DNA of 64,000 nt from NCBI GenBank assembly GCA_030248215.1, contig JASANG010003711.1, positions 124,001-188,000 on the forward strand, written 5' to 3'. This DNA comes from Enoplolaimus lenunculus (taxonomy: Eukaryota). The notes beneath the pieces are model-generated. The model did no database searches, was not told the origin of the DNA, and saw only the letters and a list, made by a program, of their open reading frames with translations. A program made the position numbers and the translations under genes. Shown here piece by piece: positions 55,801 through 64,000 of the stretch (positions are counted from its first letter, which is position 1; each line of letters begins with the position of its first letter).

Positions 55801-58800
55801 ACTTTACAGCTACAATATATATGTATATATGTGTATATACACGTCGAAGTTTTTTCGCAATTTTAATACGAGCGGCTGACACGACTGAACAACTCTTTTC
55901 ATTCATAAGTCTGTAGCAAATACTAGTCGCCGCAGTAATATTATAACATGGCCGGTTGTTTAATACTTTTTATTTAAACGAAAGGAGGGAGTGCGAGAAA
56001 GACGTGGAAAATTCGCGACTCGCGAGCGAGACGCCGAACGCGGTTCCGGTTTTGATATCCGGCAAAAACTGATATCCGTATCCCTTATATAATTCATTCT
56101 ACTTGAGGAACTAGCGTGACATTTCAACCCGAGTTTGGTGTTTAAAATCATGAAACGGACCCGGTGTATTTTCCGCTAAATTCGAACGTTTTAAACTACA
56201 GTTTCCTTTAAAAAACTTTCTCTTGATTTGAATGCTATTCAAAATTTTTAGCATCTTCTTCTATGAAAATGTTTTTAGTCGCAGTTCTTACGCATTAGTC
56301 TGTCTACTCTGCTCAAAAAATCTGGCTAAGAACGTTTTAGTAGTAAAAACTTTCATTTTGTCACACTATGCTAGTTGATTGCATTCGTTCTCACCGTCCG
56401 AGGGCAGCGACAAAATCCAGAAACATTTAAAAAACTTGAAAAAACACCGGGTGATTTTGAAAACCTATTTACCGAACTGACTGTACCTCTGAAGTTTGAG
56501 AAAACTTTCAAGTTTGTCTGTAATCCGTAACTCGGACAAACACGAATACTGGCCATTATATCAAATATATTCGGCAATTCTAAGTACTATACAACCCCGT
56601 CAGTTAATGTGCTAACTTTCAGTCAGTCTTGACTCTTGACCGCCGTGTCCACATCAAAACCAAAATAAAACCAATCCCAAAACAGAAACCATCGACAAAC
56701 CGAACACAAAAAACTACAATCACTTACAAGTCAAAACTGCATTTACTTATATATTATATGTACATCGGAGACAAAATTCTGTTATTATAACGCTTGCAGA
56801 AGAACCCACGTGAAACCTTTGCCAGAACAAATATTATAATATCTCTACCACAACAATAGCGTACCTATGCTGAGCTTGCCATAAAATTTACGTCGCTCTT
56901 AAAATGGCATACACAACGACATATATATGCGCCAGCCGCATAAAGACAATGTCGCAGTGTATAGTACACAGAATATTATGGGAATAAATATGCGATAAAC
57001 ACAACGTGCATGCTAGTTTCCAAATTCTATATCAGGACGGCGACGGTTGTTACGGCTGAGGTAAATTTTGGTTGCTTTTCCGCTATTCTCCAGCCGGGTT
57101 TAACCTAAAAATGGTCATATCTTAAGTTTACATATTTGAGGTCCTTCCTATTATTGACTTCCCATATTTTTCGCACACCCAAAGCTGAATTTTTGAAAAT
57201 TCAATTTTTGATACGTTAAAACTTTCCCTTGAGAACGAAATTTTGTCCAATCGATTAAGAATATAATGAATAAAAAAATGCCCAACCATATCGGACAACT
57301 CGTCGCTCGATAGTAGGTACGATAACTCGTTGACGTGATACGTAATTTGTTGCGGCTTAAGCATGGATTGTTGGGGACGACAAGATGTCGGGGGACAAGT
57401 TGTGTCGCGTCGACGAGATATTTTAATGATGTTGTTCTTAAAATTAGGGTGCAACAGGATTTGCGGTTCCGGTAGCGAAATCGGGTATTTTTCATAATCC
57501 GGTTCCGGTGACAAATCCTGGAGTTTTTCACTGGAAGTTTAAGGTATTTTCGGTATTGAAAATTTTTCTCATTAAAATTTTTTAGAAAAATTGGCATATT
57601 ATCCAAACTTATTTTTCTAAAATTGTCTGAGCGTGTATTGCCAAAGTTTTCAATTTGTGCCATACTCCATAATTTATCGTTCGTTTCCAGCTACTGCATT
57701 TGCTTCAGGATTTTAGCATATATACTTTAAATGATGTGATTACACCATTAAGTGCACCCTGCTTAAAATCTATTTAAAATACTGCTAGCACAATAGCAAA
57801 CGACATATCTGCCTTAAAATAAGAAAGTTTTTCACTAAAAGCATCGAAAACGTATTAAAACCTGTGTTTTGTGCAAGATTTTATTAAAAATGTACGGAAC
57901 ATGTGAAATGGAAAACCTATTTTTTGCCCTTGGGGTTCGTCGCCGAACGGCACTGCACACCAAATATAGCGCCAGTCTAAGACTGCTACGACTCAATAAG
58001 TTTTATGAAATTGGAATACAACGCGAACTGGAGGTTTGTAAACAGTCTACGCAGATTCCTCGCACCCAAAAACCCTTTAATACTAAATTAGATTGCTGCG
58101 AACTGCAATAATTAGTGAAATATTGTGGAAAGTCCTAATTTAGGCTTAATTAATTATGCAAATTAGCCTGCAGCTAATAAACGGCCTAAAATTTTAAAAC
58201 CCCAATGCGAGGTTAACACCCCAGGATAATTGGCTTTCAAACAAAAAAGTTTATCAAAATCGGTTCAGTCGTTCCTGAAATTCTTTTCGGACGGACAGAC
58301 GGACGGACGGACATCCACCTTTCGACCCCCAAGTACAAAACAAAAAACGCTTCGCGAAACTCCGAGCTTCGCTCAAAGACAATTTCTATATATCAGTAAA
58401 TATCAGTACCAATACAGAACAACTTGCCTGGATCTTTCGTTTAGACACAGGATTAGGTTTACGAAAGATTTACCTGCAACAAAAAGCCTTTGCATACGGT
58501 TTTTCTATTCTTAAGCCAGAGCCTATGCATCAACTTTAAATTCGGGAAAAGTTTACAAGAACCGAACATTGAACACTTGAATTGAACTGAAAAAAATATT
58601 TGTATCCGAACCTGTTTTAACTATATCATTCAAAACTCACAGTCGAATCTACGACAATCCGTCGCTCAACTACTTTTCGACCAACAGTGTCATAAAGCCT
58701 ACGAATAAATTTACGCATAATCCCAAGCGTAATCCTAAGTCAAAGCAAGCATAATAGGACCGGCCAATTATCGAGTCGATAAAATTTCGGAATAAAAGTG

Positions 58801-61800
58801 GTTGCACGACGAGTTGTCGGGCTACGAATTGTCGGGATACTTTCACAGTCAGTATAAAATAGCAAAAAGCGACTTATACTAAACTGGCGTAAAATACAAT
58901 TTAAGTAAAAATTAAAATTGAAGATAAATTGACATTCACAGTATGCTTTCTGCAGGGCAGCTGTTTGCATAAAACAACACTTAAATAATATGTATACAAG
59001 CAAATGTGTAACCAAGTGTTTGCAATGGTTGGGGTTACATTTATATTCTATAAAAATTCCGAAAGAAGGGTTTTTTGTTTGGTGCCAAACCAACTAAAAG
59101 AGTTGACTAAACCTTGCACTAAAACCACAACGCGAGGGGTCTCCTCTAACGATTAACCCCCTGCTCATTGTTACACACTTGTAAGTACGTACGTAGGAGA
59201 TGTGTAGCGTACAAAATGTGCCTATAAACGTGCATACCTGAAGGTGATCACCGCTAGAGGTGGCGCTCACTTGGCCAAAGCCCCCACTCCAGATTTTACC
59301 CCCAGTTGAGTATTTTTAACCTTAAAATTAAAGAATTGCAAAATGAAATTTTCCCCTTAAAATCCAAAATCAAGATTTCCCCCGGATTGCCGCGTCCGTC
59401 TCCAATCCAGTACATAAATATGAATGTTAAAGAAATTAGAAACAAAGTACTGCAACTGCAGCCAGGTTAACGGTATTGCGTCTGTCCAAATAATCAAATC
59501 TGATTGGTCCATAAGTTCAATAGCAGTTTTAGCCCAGGCCACACTGCTATTGCATAAAATAGCAGATAGGCCTAGGCCAATTAGTAATTGGGCTGAATAG
59601 CAAATTCGCCTACGACATGTATACCAAACATTTATGTAGCGCATTTTTGACTGTTCAAAAAATACCCCTCGTTGCAATTTGCGTAGAACCAAATATGCCT
59701 ATAGCAGCAGTACATTACTTACCAGAATAAAAGACGTATACAACCACCGTGAAGTCATCGAACCTAACGCACCGCAGTAGAATATGTGTAGGTAGGTACG
59801 TAATAACACTGTCCCGTTACACAGGCTAAAATTGAAAACTACTTCGCCAGAAACCAACTTGGTTAGACCAATGTTAAAACTACTAGTAAATTCATTTCCC
59901 AACTGATACTATCGGGATCCGCCGTATTGATATCCGGTCGTATCATAATTCATTTCTAAGCAAAAATTCTAGCTATCCTAGTAAACAGGTTTAGCCTCGC
60001 TGTTGAGCATTAGTCGCAGCACATCCTGCGCATCGCCAAACCTACTTAATTCTACGATATATAGCTTTTCACACTGGCAATTGTTGTGTTTGTACTTGCG
60101 TCGGACGTAAAAAGTGGCGGTGGTCAACGAAAAAGTGAGATCAAAATAAGAGGCATTATTCTCATGTATTGGTCCGTCCCGTGTGCTAGTCATAAATAAG
60201 TTTGCATGCATGGTAAATATATATGCAAACGTTTCAGTGCAACAAGACATAAGAGATCGCTGTTATTCAAAAACAACGCGTTAAACTTCACGCCAATTTA
60301 TCTTCACTTACACGAGAATATATTGCAACACAAAAACTATTTGAGTATGTGCAATTGCAAACAAGTCTAACATACACAACGCTAAAAACGTCATTCCTTC
60401 AATAACTGATACATTTCAGACGAGATTAAGACACTGTACACATTTTATCATTAGGTAATTCGATTAGTTGAGAGTGGCGAATAGTCGCGATCTTTGTTAA
60501 TACTTACAAGTATAATTGTTCGGGTACAACCAGGGTGCGACCCCGATATCCGGATTCGGCTTGGTATCAAGCATAATTCGATATCCGATCCGTATCTGGT
60601 TCCGGTACAAACCTAACGGATACAGGACATTTGCGCCTTGCGATGGTGGTCCCTTATTCCAACATTTGGTTTTTACTAATGAGCGTCTTTCACATCTTGC
60701 TGCAATTCATTTATGAGCAAGCCAAGAAGTTCCAAGTTTTGATACGATGCTGTAAAAGTGAAAAATCTGGACCAACCATTAATTCTAATTCAGTAAACAT
60801 ATACTACTGTTCGGCTCAAATATTTCAATCAGTGCCAAATATAGATGCTAATCTGAGATCCGGTAAATTGGTATCCGGTCGCACCCTGGGTACAACCACG
60901 GCAGCGACTGGCGCAATGGTTAATCACTACGGCCTTCAGCGACACCGGTCCATCCAAACGCATATGTATATAGCACATTCTGGAGTGATCGGCGCTACAT
61001 ATACGTTAAAAATACCAAGCGAAACACCTAATATATACTAGTATTAGAGTTGCAACATTTAAAAATAAATACCCGGATCCGGACCCGGATGTTTCTGAAC
61101 GAAAAGCCCGGACCCGGACCCGGAATTTTTAATAATGCAAACCTGGACCCGGACCCGAAATTTTTAAGAATACAAACCCGGACCCGGACCCGGGTTTATT
61201 TTCCGAACAAACCCGGGCCCGAAATTTTTATTTGACTTAGGCGATAGATACTAAACTTAAGTTAAAATATGTCAATTTACTAACTTAAAATGAGACATGT
61301 AATGTCTCTGTATCCCGACCATTCCAACCGTTCCTAATTGAGCATTTGCAATCGTAACCCAAGTATATCTGCTTACGTTAACTTACTCAAGAAAGGTGAA
61401 GCCTGTTGACCAACTTTTTCCTTCTGCAACTTGCTTTTACATACGACATGCAATAATTGTGTTAAGAGACATGTTGGGTGTGTTTTCCTTCTAGTAATGT
61501 ATGCGTAAGTGTTTCACACAGTTAGTGTTGGTTGTGCAAAATCTATTTTTGGTACGATATCTGTTACTATTCAGAATGTAGGCGTGGGATGTTAATAAAA
61601 TCCCTAAGCTAATCTTGTTCCCGTTATTTTGTCCGGGTATTTTTGCAATACCCGGACCCGGAATAATTTGTTATGAAAACCCGGACCCGGAATTTACTGA
61701 AACGAACACCCGGAACCGGACCCGGAATTTTTCGGCAAAAATACCCAGAATATCCGGAATACCCGGACCCGGATGCAACTCTAACTAGTATGCTAAATAG

Positions 61801-62137
61801 TCTTCTGTGACCTTAATTTAACCCAAAGGATCCTACACCCTACGCAAAGCACCTTTCTGTGTTGCTGGTGTTGTTGCTGCAGTTGCATCGTATCCGCCGG
61901 TGGTGCATCTTTAATATCAATATGCGTTGGTCGTAACGGTTTATACGGAATATCTTCGTGGCCCGTCCCGCCTCCTTGTCCGGACGCCGTTACGTGTTGT
62001 TCATCACCGCTTGTCGAACTGTACAATACATTACTTCCGTGTTGCGGATCACTACGATATCCTCCGTGAAAAGAGTGTTCAAACGCAGAAGGAGGCTGTC
62101 CACCGACAGGTGGCGAAAATGACGAATCAGATTGCAT
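1252..62137 (-). CDS. unc-44: Ankyrin (UNC-44/Ank2 orthologue), spliced multi-exon CDS, 3'-incomplete: ANK repeats - linker - ZU5-ZU5-UPA - death domain - long tail
   Basis: Phase-continuous chain of GT/GC-AG bounded exons. It encodes ~24 ANK repeats (xGxTPLH), [12 protein letters not shown] (ZU5-A), [14 protein letters not shown] (ZU5-B), UPA and a death domain (DWDRLARQL). No stop codon is reached before the window end. Confidence 0.97.
2150..2373. mobile_element. MITE with ~50-bp imperfect TIR (GGGCCCATATTC...); same family at 6525-6753 and 32838-33503
   Basis: Long inverted termini; three dispersed copies in the window. Confidence 0.75.
4217..4272. mobile_element. Truncated end of the CAGGGTGCAACCGG hAT-type MITE
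   Basis: Identical to the first ~55 nt of 46764-47154. Confidence 0.7.
4966..5892 (-). CDS. unc-44: Large tail exon, 309 codons, T/E/H/S-rich ([14 protein letters not shown]...SPSVK)
   Basis: ttgtctttag| ... G|gtgaat, 927 nt, phase 1-1, strongly protein-like. Confidence 0.85.
6525..6753. mobile_element. MITE, family of 2150-2373
   Basis: ggcctatattctcaaatg...catttgagaacaagggcc. Confidence 0.7.
8988..9589. mobile_element. MITE-like element with CAGGGAT termini and GAGACT subterminal repeats; related fragments at ~7137-7200, ~13900 and ~19030-19118
   Basis: cagggatgggag ... cttcaatccctg; no clear TSD. Confidence 0.55.
9708..10667 (-). CDS. unc-44: Large tail exon, 320 codons (GIALSKRK...YYGNNA)
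   Basis: ttttgcaactag| ... G|gtagct, 960 nt, phase 1-1, within the 329-aa ORF. Confidence 0.72.
11837..12226. mobile_element. hAT-type MITE
   Basis: cagagtgcgaccgg...ccggccgcgccctg, perfect 8-bp TSD attacagc. Confidence 0.85.
12843..13031. mobile_element. GC-rich MITE with GGTTGCGCTA-type termini and CGGCGCCG repeats; inverted copy at 32919-33015
   Basis: Inverted termini and a second copy. Confidence 0.65.
13236..13269 (-). CDS. unc-44: Small tail exon ([11 protein letters not shown])
   Basis: ttttttag| ... G|gtaaag, 34 nt, phase 0-1. It complements the 47-nt exon (81 nt together). Confidence 0.75.
13692..13738 (-). CDS. unc-44: Small tail exon ([16 protein letters not shown])
   Basis: tttcag| ... 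|gtaaga, 47 nt, phase 1-0. Confidence 0.75.
14736..14858 (-). CDS. unc-44: Exon, death domain part 2 ([16 protein letters not shown]...RYLA)
   Basis: ttcatcag| ... G|gtatgt, 123 nt, phase 1-1. Confidence 0.92.
15125..15319 (-). CDS. unc-44: Exon, death domain part 1 ([16 protein letters not shown]...RLAT), GC donor
   Basis: tttcag| ... ACA G|gcaagt, 195 nt. The junction restores ATGNALE. Confidence 0.9.
15671..15899 (-). CDS. unc-44: Exon, UPA end ([18 protein letters not shown]...QLKGP)
   Basis: tttcag| ... G|gtaatg, 229 nt, phase 0-1. Confidence 0.88.
16175..16300 (-). CDS. unc-44: Exon, UPA ([24 protein letters not shown]...ENRLPFVSR)
   Basis: tcattag| ... |gtaagt, 126 nt, phase 0-0. 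Confidence 0.93.
16648..16876 (-). CDS. unc-44: Exon, ZU5-B/UPA (FWLMDC...[13 protein letters not shown]...SRDVE)
   Basis: ttttag| ... |gtatgt, 229 nt, phase 2-0. Confidence 0.95.
17493..17589 (-). CDS. unc-44: Exon, ZU5-B ([15 protein letters not shown]...TTTVSAR)
   Basis: tttacag| ... AG|gttatt, 97 nt, phase 1-2. Confidence 0.93.
17811..18115. repeat. Diverged tandem duplication, ~157-bp unit x2
   Basis: acgtcgttcgt...ttctgagaaatttgcagcggatcaaa...ggacctc occurs twice. Confidence 0.85.
18280..18493 (-). CDS. unc-44: Exon, ZU5-B (AQPVPHDLV...[12 protein letters not shown]...LLCSIT)
   Basis: taatag| ... G|gtaaat, 214 nt, phase 0-1. Confidence 0.93.
19682..19893 (-). CDS. unc-44: Exon, ZU5-A/B ([26 protein letters not shown]...VSLQ)
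   Basis: gttgtag| ... |gtgagt, 212 nt, phase 1-0. Confidence 0.93.
19941..19952 (-). CDS. unc-44: Candidate 12-nt microexon (GGAL)
   Basis: ttattctcag|GCGGAGCTTTAG|gtaaga, phase 1-1, followed by a 47-nt intron. Confidence 0.5.
   Translation of the reverse strand, partial: AEL
20215..20375 (-). CDS. unc-44: Exon, ZU5-A ([14 protein letters not shown]...SFDAE)
   Basis: tttcag| ... G|gtttgt, 161 nt, phase 2-1. Confidence 0.93.
20660..20751 (-). CDS. unc-44: Exon, ZU5-A ([31 protein letters not shown]), GC donor
   Basis: ttttag| ... GG|gcaagc, 92 nt. The junction restores conserved KFLGPV. Confidence 0.9.
21072..21204 (-). CDS. unc-44: Exon, ZU5-A start ([21 protein letters not shown]...YLRK)
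   Basis: tttcag| ... |gttcgt, 133 nt, phase 2-0. Confidence 0.95.
22670..22690 (-). CDS. unc-44: Candidate 21-nt microexon (NSFVRKC)
   Basis: cttttcaag|CAATAGTTTTGTACGAAAATG|gtaagt, phase 2-2, open. Confidence 0.3.
23853..23870 (-). CDS. unc-44: 18-nt microexon (RLKWRS)
   Basis: tattttaaag|CCGTCTGAAATGGAGAAG|gttagt, phase 2-2, directly before FLISFMVD. Confidence 0.65.
24630..24728 (-). CDS. unc-44: Candidate cassette exon ([31 protein letters not shown]); acceptor at 24728 or 24722
   Basis: GA|gtaagt donor. Both nearby AGs give phase 2-2 open exons (99 or 93 nt) in a phase-2 intron. Confidence 0.5.
25712..26060. mobile_element. MITE with ACTTAAGT-rich subterminal repeats
   Basis: Left end ggctaggtacgctaaaccctacttaagta matches the reverse complement of the right end, ggctgggtttctgaactcttacttaagta. 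Confidence 0.65.
26154..26284 (-). CDS. unc-44: Linker exon ([12 protein letters not shown]...[13 protein letters not shown])
   Basis: ttttag| ... GG|gtgagt, 131 nt, phase 0-2; typical pre-ZU5 DNV motif. Confidence 0.9.
26425..26517 (-). CDS. unc-44: Candidate cassette exon ([31 protein letters not shown])
   Basis: ttttacacag| ... |gtgagc, 93 nt, open in phase 0-0 within a phase-0 intron. Confidence 0.45.
26558..26858. mobile_element. Diverged hAT-type MITE (GGATTC subterminal motifs)
   Basis: cacggtggca...tgcccaccctg, 6/8 TSD ttgcatca/ttgcaaaa. Confidence 0.6.
27106..27203 (-). CDS. unc-44: Linker exon ([33 protein letters not shown])
   Basis: tttacag| ... |gtcagt, 98 nt, phase 1-0. This phase change is needed to bridge to the next exon. 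Confidence 0.88.
27833..28040. repeat. Minisatellite, 25-bp unit AATTCAACAAACCCCAAACATACAG x ~8.3
   Basis: Near-identical head-to-tail copies, no spacers. Confidence 0.95.
30400..30522. repeat. Tandem repeat, 33-bp unit x ~3.7, containing the palindrome ATCGAAATTTCGAT
   Basis: cctctgcggatcgaaatttcgattgaaactttt variants. Confidence 0.9.
31767..32074. repeat. Tandem repeat, ~110-bp unit x ~2.8
   Basis: Copies start at 31767, 31879 and 31988. Confidence 0.92.
33075..33474. mobile_element. hAT-type MITE nested in another MITE (32838-33503)
   Basis: cagggtgcaa...ttgcaccctg, TSD ggtgctac/gatgctac. Confidence 0.85.
34100..35938 (-). CDS. unc-44: Large (613-codon) symmetric linker exon, predicted disordered, probably alternatively spliced
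   Basis: Part of a 666-aa open frame. ttggctgtag|AT ... GCA G|gtttgt, 1839 nt, phase 1-1, in frame with both neighbours, with coding-like composition. Confidence 0.8.
37270..37453 (-). CDS. unc-44: Exon, last ANK repeat and start of linker ([13 protein letters not shown]...SDSEDEG)
   Basis: ttctag| ... G|gtaagt, 184 nt, phase 0-1. Confidence 0.95.
37790..37987 (-). CDS. unc-44: Exon, 2 ANK repeats ([14 protein letters not shown]...AVTS)
   Basis: ttccag| ... |gtaaat, 198 nt. Confidence 0.95.
38641..38739 (-). CDS. unc-44: Exon, ANK repeat ([14 protein letters not shown]...QTK)
   Basis: tttcag| ... |gtacaa, 99 nt. Confidence 0.95.
38878..38976 (-). CDS. unc-44: Exon, ANK repeat ([14 protein letters not shown]...KAK)
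   Basis: ttttag| ... |gtacgt, 99 nt. Confidence 0.95.
39369..39467 (-). CDS. unc-44: Exon, ANK repeat ([14 protein letters not shown]...ESK)
   Basis: tttcag| ... |gtaatt, 99 nt. Confidence 0.95.
40328..40477 (-). CDS. unc-44: Exon, ANK repeats ([24 protein letters not shown]...AAAK)
   Basis: ttttag| ... |gtaacg, 150 nt, phase 0-0. Confidence 0.95.
40923..41168 (-). CDS. unc-44: Exon, ANK repeats ([13 protein letters not shown]...YGNIN)
   Basis: ttttag| ... |gtaagt, 246 nt, phase 0-0. Confidence 0.95.
41520..41717 (-). CDS. unc-44: Exon, 2 ANK repeats ([13 protein letters not shown]...ARAR)
   Basis: ttttag| ... |gtaagt, 198 nt, phase 0-0. Confidence 0.95.
42587..42742 (-). CDS. unc-44: Exon, ANK repeats ([11 protein letters not shown]...ATTE)
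   Basis: tttcag| ... |gtaaac, 156 nt, phase 0-0. Confidence 0.95.
43133..43273 (-). CDS. unc-44: Exon, ANK repeats ([14 protein letters not shown]...HCGH)
   Basis: ttttag| ... |gtgagt, 141 nt, phase 0-0. Confidence 0.95.
43637..43933 (-). CDS. unc-44: Exon, 3 ANK repeats ([13 protein letters not shown]...KTK)
   Basis: tttcag| ... |gtacac, 297 nt, phase 0-0. Confidence 0.95.
44562..44762 (-). CDS. unc-44: Candidate alternative internal first exon (MFDSTAG...STCATN); the start could be an upstream ATG
   Basis: GC-richer open frame inside a 6.3-kb intron. It ends at a consensus donor AAT|gtgagt in phase 0, matching the next ANK exon. Confidence 0.4.
45187..45473. mobile_element. hAT-type MITE, CAGGGTGCAACCGGAATT TIR
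   Basis: Perfect 18-bp TIR, TSD atatatat. Confidence 0.9.
46764..47154. mobile_element. hAT-type MITE, same family, inverted relative to 45187-45473
   Basis: TIR CAGGGTGCAACCGGAATT, TSD gtacgcgc/gttcgcgc. Confidence 0.9.
48484..49008. mobile_element. Diverged copy of the 46764 MITE family, left TIR missing
   Basis: Internal homology and right end aattccggccgcaccctg. Confidence 0.7.
50205..50390 (-). CDS. unc-44: Exon, ANK repeats ([14 protein letters not shown]...VTSK)
   Basis: gttcag| ... |gtacgt, 186 nt, phase 0-0. Confidence 0.95.
50377..50502. repeat. 63-bp tandem duplication spanning a splice acceptor
   Basis: Two copies with 2 substitutions. Confidence 0.92.
50799..50897 (-). CDS. 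unc-44: Exon, ANK repeat ([14 protein letters not shown]...ATE)
   Basis: ttccag| ... |gtacaa, 99 nt, phase 0-0. Confidence 0.95.
51111..51419. mobile_element. Diverged copy of the same MITE family, opposite orientation to 48484-49008
   Basis: gaagtgaaatctaccatcgat core; ends tgcaccctg. Confidence 0.6.
51496..51594 (-). CDS. unc-44: Exon, ANK repeat ([14 protein letters not shown]...QSQ)
   Basis: ttttag| ... |gtcagg, 99 nt, phase 0-0. Confidence 0.95.
51909..52007 (-). CDS. unc-44: Exon, ANK repeat ([14 protein letters not shown]...ATK)
   Basis: tttag| ... |gttagt, 99 nt, phase 0-0. Confidence 0.95.
53385..53486 (-). CDS. unc-44: Exon, ANK repeat 1 ([14 protein letters not shown]...NTCNA)
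   Basis: ttttcag| ... |gtaagt, 102 nt, phase 0-0. Confidence 0.95.
57445..57761. mobile_element. hAT-type MITE
   Basis: tagggtgca...tgcaccctg, perfect TSD cttaaaat. Confidence 0.8.
60531..60888. mobile_element. hAT-type MITE
   Basis: cagggtgcgacc...ggtcgcaccctg, perfect TSD ggtacaac. Confidence 0.88.
61045..61783. mobile_element. hAT-type non-autonomous element with CCCGGA subterminal arrays
   Basis: TIR tagagttgca...tgcaactcta, perfect TSD actagtat. Confidence 0.88.
61853..62137 (-). CDS. unc-44: Putative first coding exon (95 aa, low complexity, [10 protein letters not shown]...QQHRK)
   Basis: ATG at 62137 in a GC-richer open frame. It ends AAG|gtgctt in phase 0, compatible with the phase-0 exon at 53486. 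No homology is recognisable in this part. Confidence 0.6.
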
Positions 62138-64000
62138 TAAATAGGTATATATATAACGTTAGTGGCAGCGTTTACTATCCAACTTTTTTGTACATCGTAT
62201 AAATGAAACGTGTAAATATAGCAGGTTCATTATATATAAGCAGTATAACACCATCCGGCGAATTAACTCAATAAATACTCCAAATTTGCTATATTTGATA
62301 AGTTTAGTCTAAAAACAACTTGATTTTACGATAATGGTTGATTTAAAACGGTTCCCATTAAGTGTAAGACATTGTACTTTCGAAATTCATTATTCAAAAG
62401 ATATATTACGACGCAGTTTTTGATTACATGTAAATATGTCGTCAACGCTCAATCCCAACCTATACATGAATTAATTCCTGCTACGCGCGAAGCGACAAAC
62501 TTGAGCCCGACTTCCTGCAATACATTCTCCAACAACTGTAGCATACAGTCTATCACTTTCCCACGATATTCCACAACCAATGGCCATAAATTTAAATCAA
62601 AATAGCATTATCAACTTTCAAATATCTCTTCTCCGGACCCAAAGGACACGCAAGGTACCCACATCACATAACTAGCCAATCCCATTATACATGAACATAT
62701 AACCAGAAGCACATACTATACGAATATGGACATTCTATATGCCATCTTCTAGGTTTTGTTCTGAAATTTGATAGCAACCAAACCTTGGTGGGTGCTTAAA
62801 TTGGCGTGTATATAAATATATATGTAGAACAGGCGCATCTAAAACTGAAGACAACAAAAGAAATTGATTTTAATTCACTATGAATGGATCAGATAAGGGG
62901 CGTTGTCACGATTTTTCTTCGGATGGGTATATATATAGTTTATAAAAGAAAGTTTTCTAACCTCTACGATACAGAAGGTTATTCTAAAGCCTGTTAAAAG
63001 TACTTTTTTTTCTTGTCTCTAGCAATTTCGGTAGGGATATCCCTTTTATCTCTAAGCTTGTATACGCTTTTGGACCAAATAAATAGTTGCATAATAGATT
63101 TTTGAATTAGCCTAATCCAGTGCAAATGTCATAAGCTACGTATGATAAAACGTTCTGGTTAAAAACATTTACGCACGCTGAGCTAGATTCCAATATAAAA
63201 ATTCTCCCCAAACGACAAACTAATGCTGTTTATCCGTTAATGGCAGCACTTTACTTTGTATATACGCACTTATATAAACATCTCGCAGTCTCCCTTGTTG
63301 ACCTATTTGAAACGCACCAACCTAAAAAACTGTTAAGCCCGCGGAAACAATACTAAACGCTAAACAACACCGTATACTGGCTTGACATTAGCGTGATACC
63401 CTTTAAAAGCCTTCGGTAAAACTTGCCGTGTCGCAGCAATCCGACCTCAAAATTGCCAAAACATCTAAAGTCAAACAACAGATGCCATTGCCTTATCGGA
63501 CTTGCTTTAGCAAAAACCAAAACCCAATACGCTTTCTAGAAACAACCGTGTGTACACAAACACGTGCACGATAATCCTGGTCAGCAAAACGCATGGGGCA
63601 ATGCAAGCCAAACGCGAGCCAGATTACGACCGAAACAACAACAACAACAACATGTCACCTAACTCGAAACAACATAAGCTATATAATTGTAGTTTTGAGT
63701 CACAACTCAAAGACAAACGCTAAAGGAATTCTAGCGCATAAAACAAGGCGCTTCCAGTTTAACCCTAACCGCGTCGCTCGCTAGCAGAGGCGTACACAAA
63801 GGGGAAATGGCGCAAACAACCCCACCAAAAGTTGGTATAGAATCAAGTAGGCACTTTCTCTGTGTCCGTTTTTAACGTAACCCGCTAGATCCGTTATTTA
63901 TTTCGCCCACTGGTAAAACATAAAGTTACACCCTACCGAAATGAAATCATGGCTACACTCCTGGTTGCTAGTAGTATTACAATAAATCGATAAGCAACTC

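Noticed and set aside
57128..57663. 128-aa and 170-aa minus-strand ORFs
   Set aside because: They overlap a TSD-flanked MITE and AT-rich intron, with no recognisable domain or transposase motif.

Overview
Eukaryotic, AT-rich, intron-rich DNA. The whole window is one minus-strand canonical ankyrin gene, an unc-44/Ank2 orthologue. Peptides such as [13 protein letters not shown] and [25 protein letters not shown] point to a nematode, though the species cannot be determined. I reconstructed about 36 core coding exons by hand from splice sites and phase continuity. In order they encode a putative first exon, ~24 ankyrin repeats, a linker, ZU5-ZU5-UPA, a death domain and the start of a long disordered tail. 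Together they give roughly 3,080 aa with no stop codon, so the gene continues past position 1. The most unusual feature is a 1,839-nt in-frame symmetric exon between the ANK repeats and ZU5, which carries an AnkB/AnkG-like extended Atg8/GABARAP-binding LIR motif. Also notable are frame-preserving microexon and cassette candidates (12, 18, 21, 93 and 93-99 nt), a candidate internal first exon, two GC-AG introns and a duplicated 'poison' splice acceptor. Introns hold many MITEs, including hAT-type copies with 8-bp target-site duplications, one host element carrying two insertions, and several minisatellites. No prokaryotic systems, CRISPR arrays or RNA genes are supported. All exon calls are from sequence only, without transcript data.
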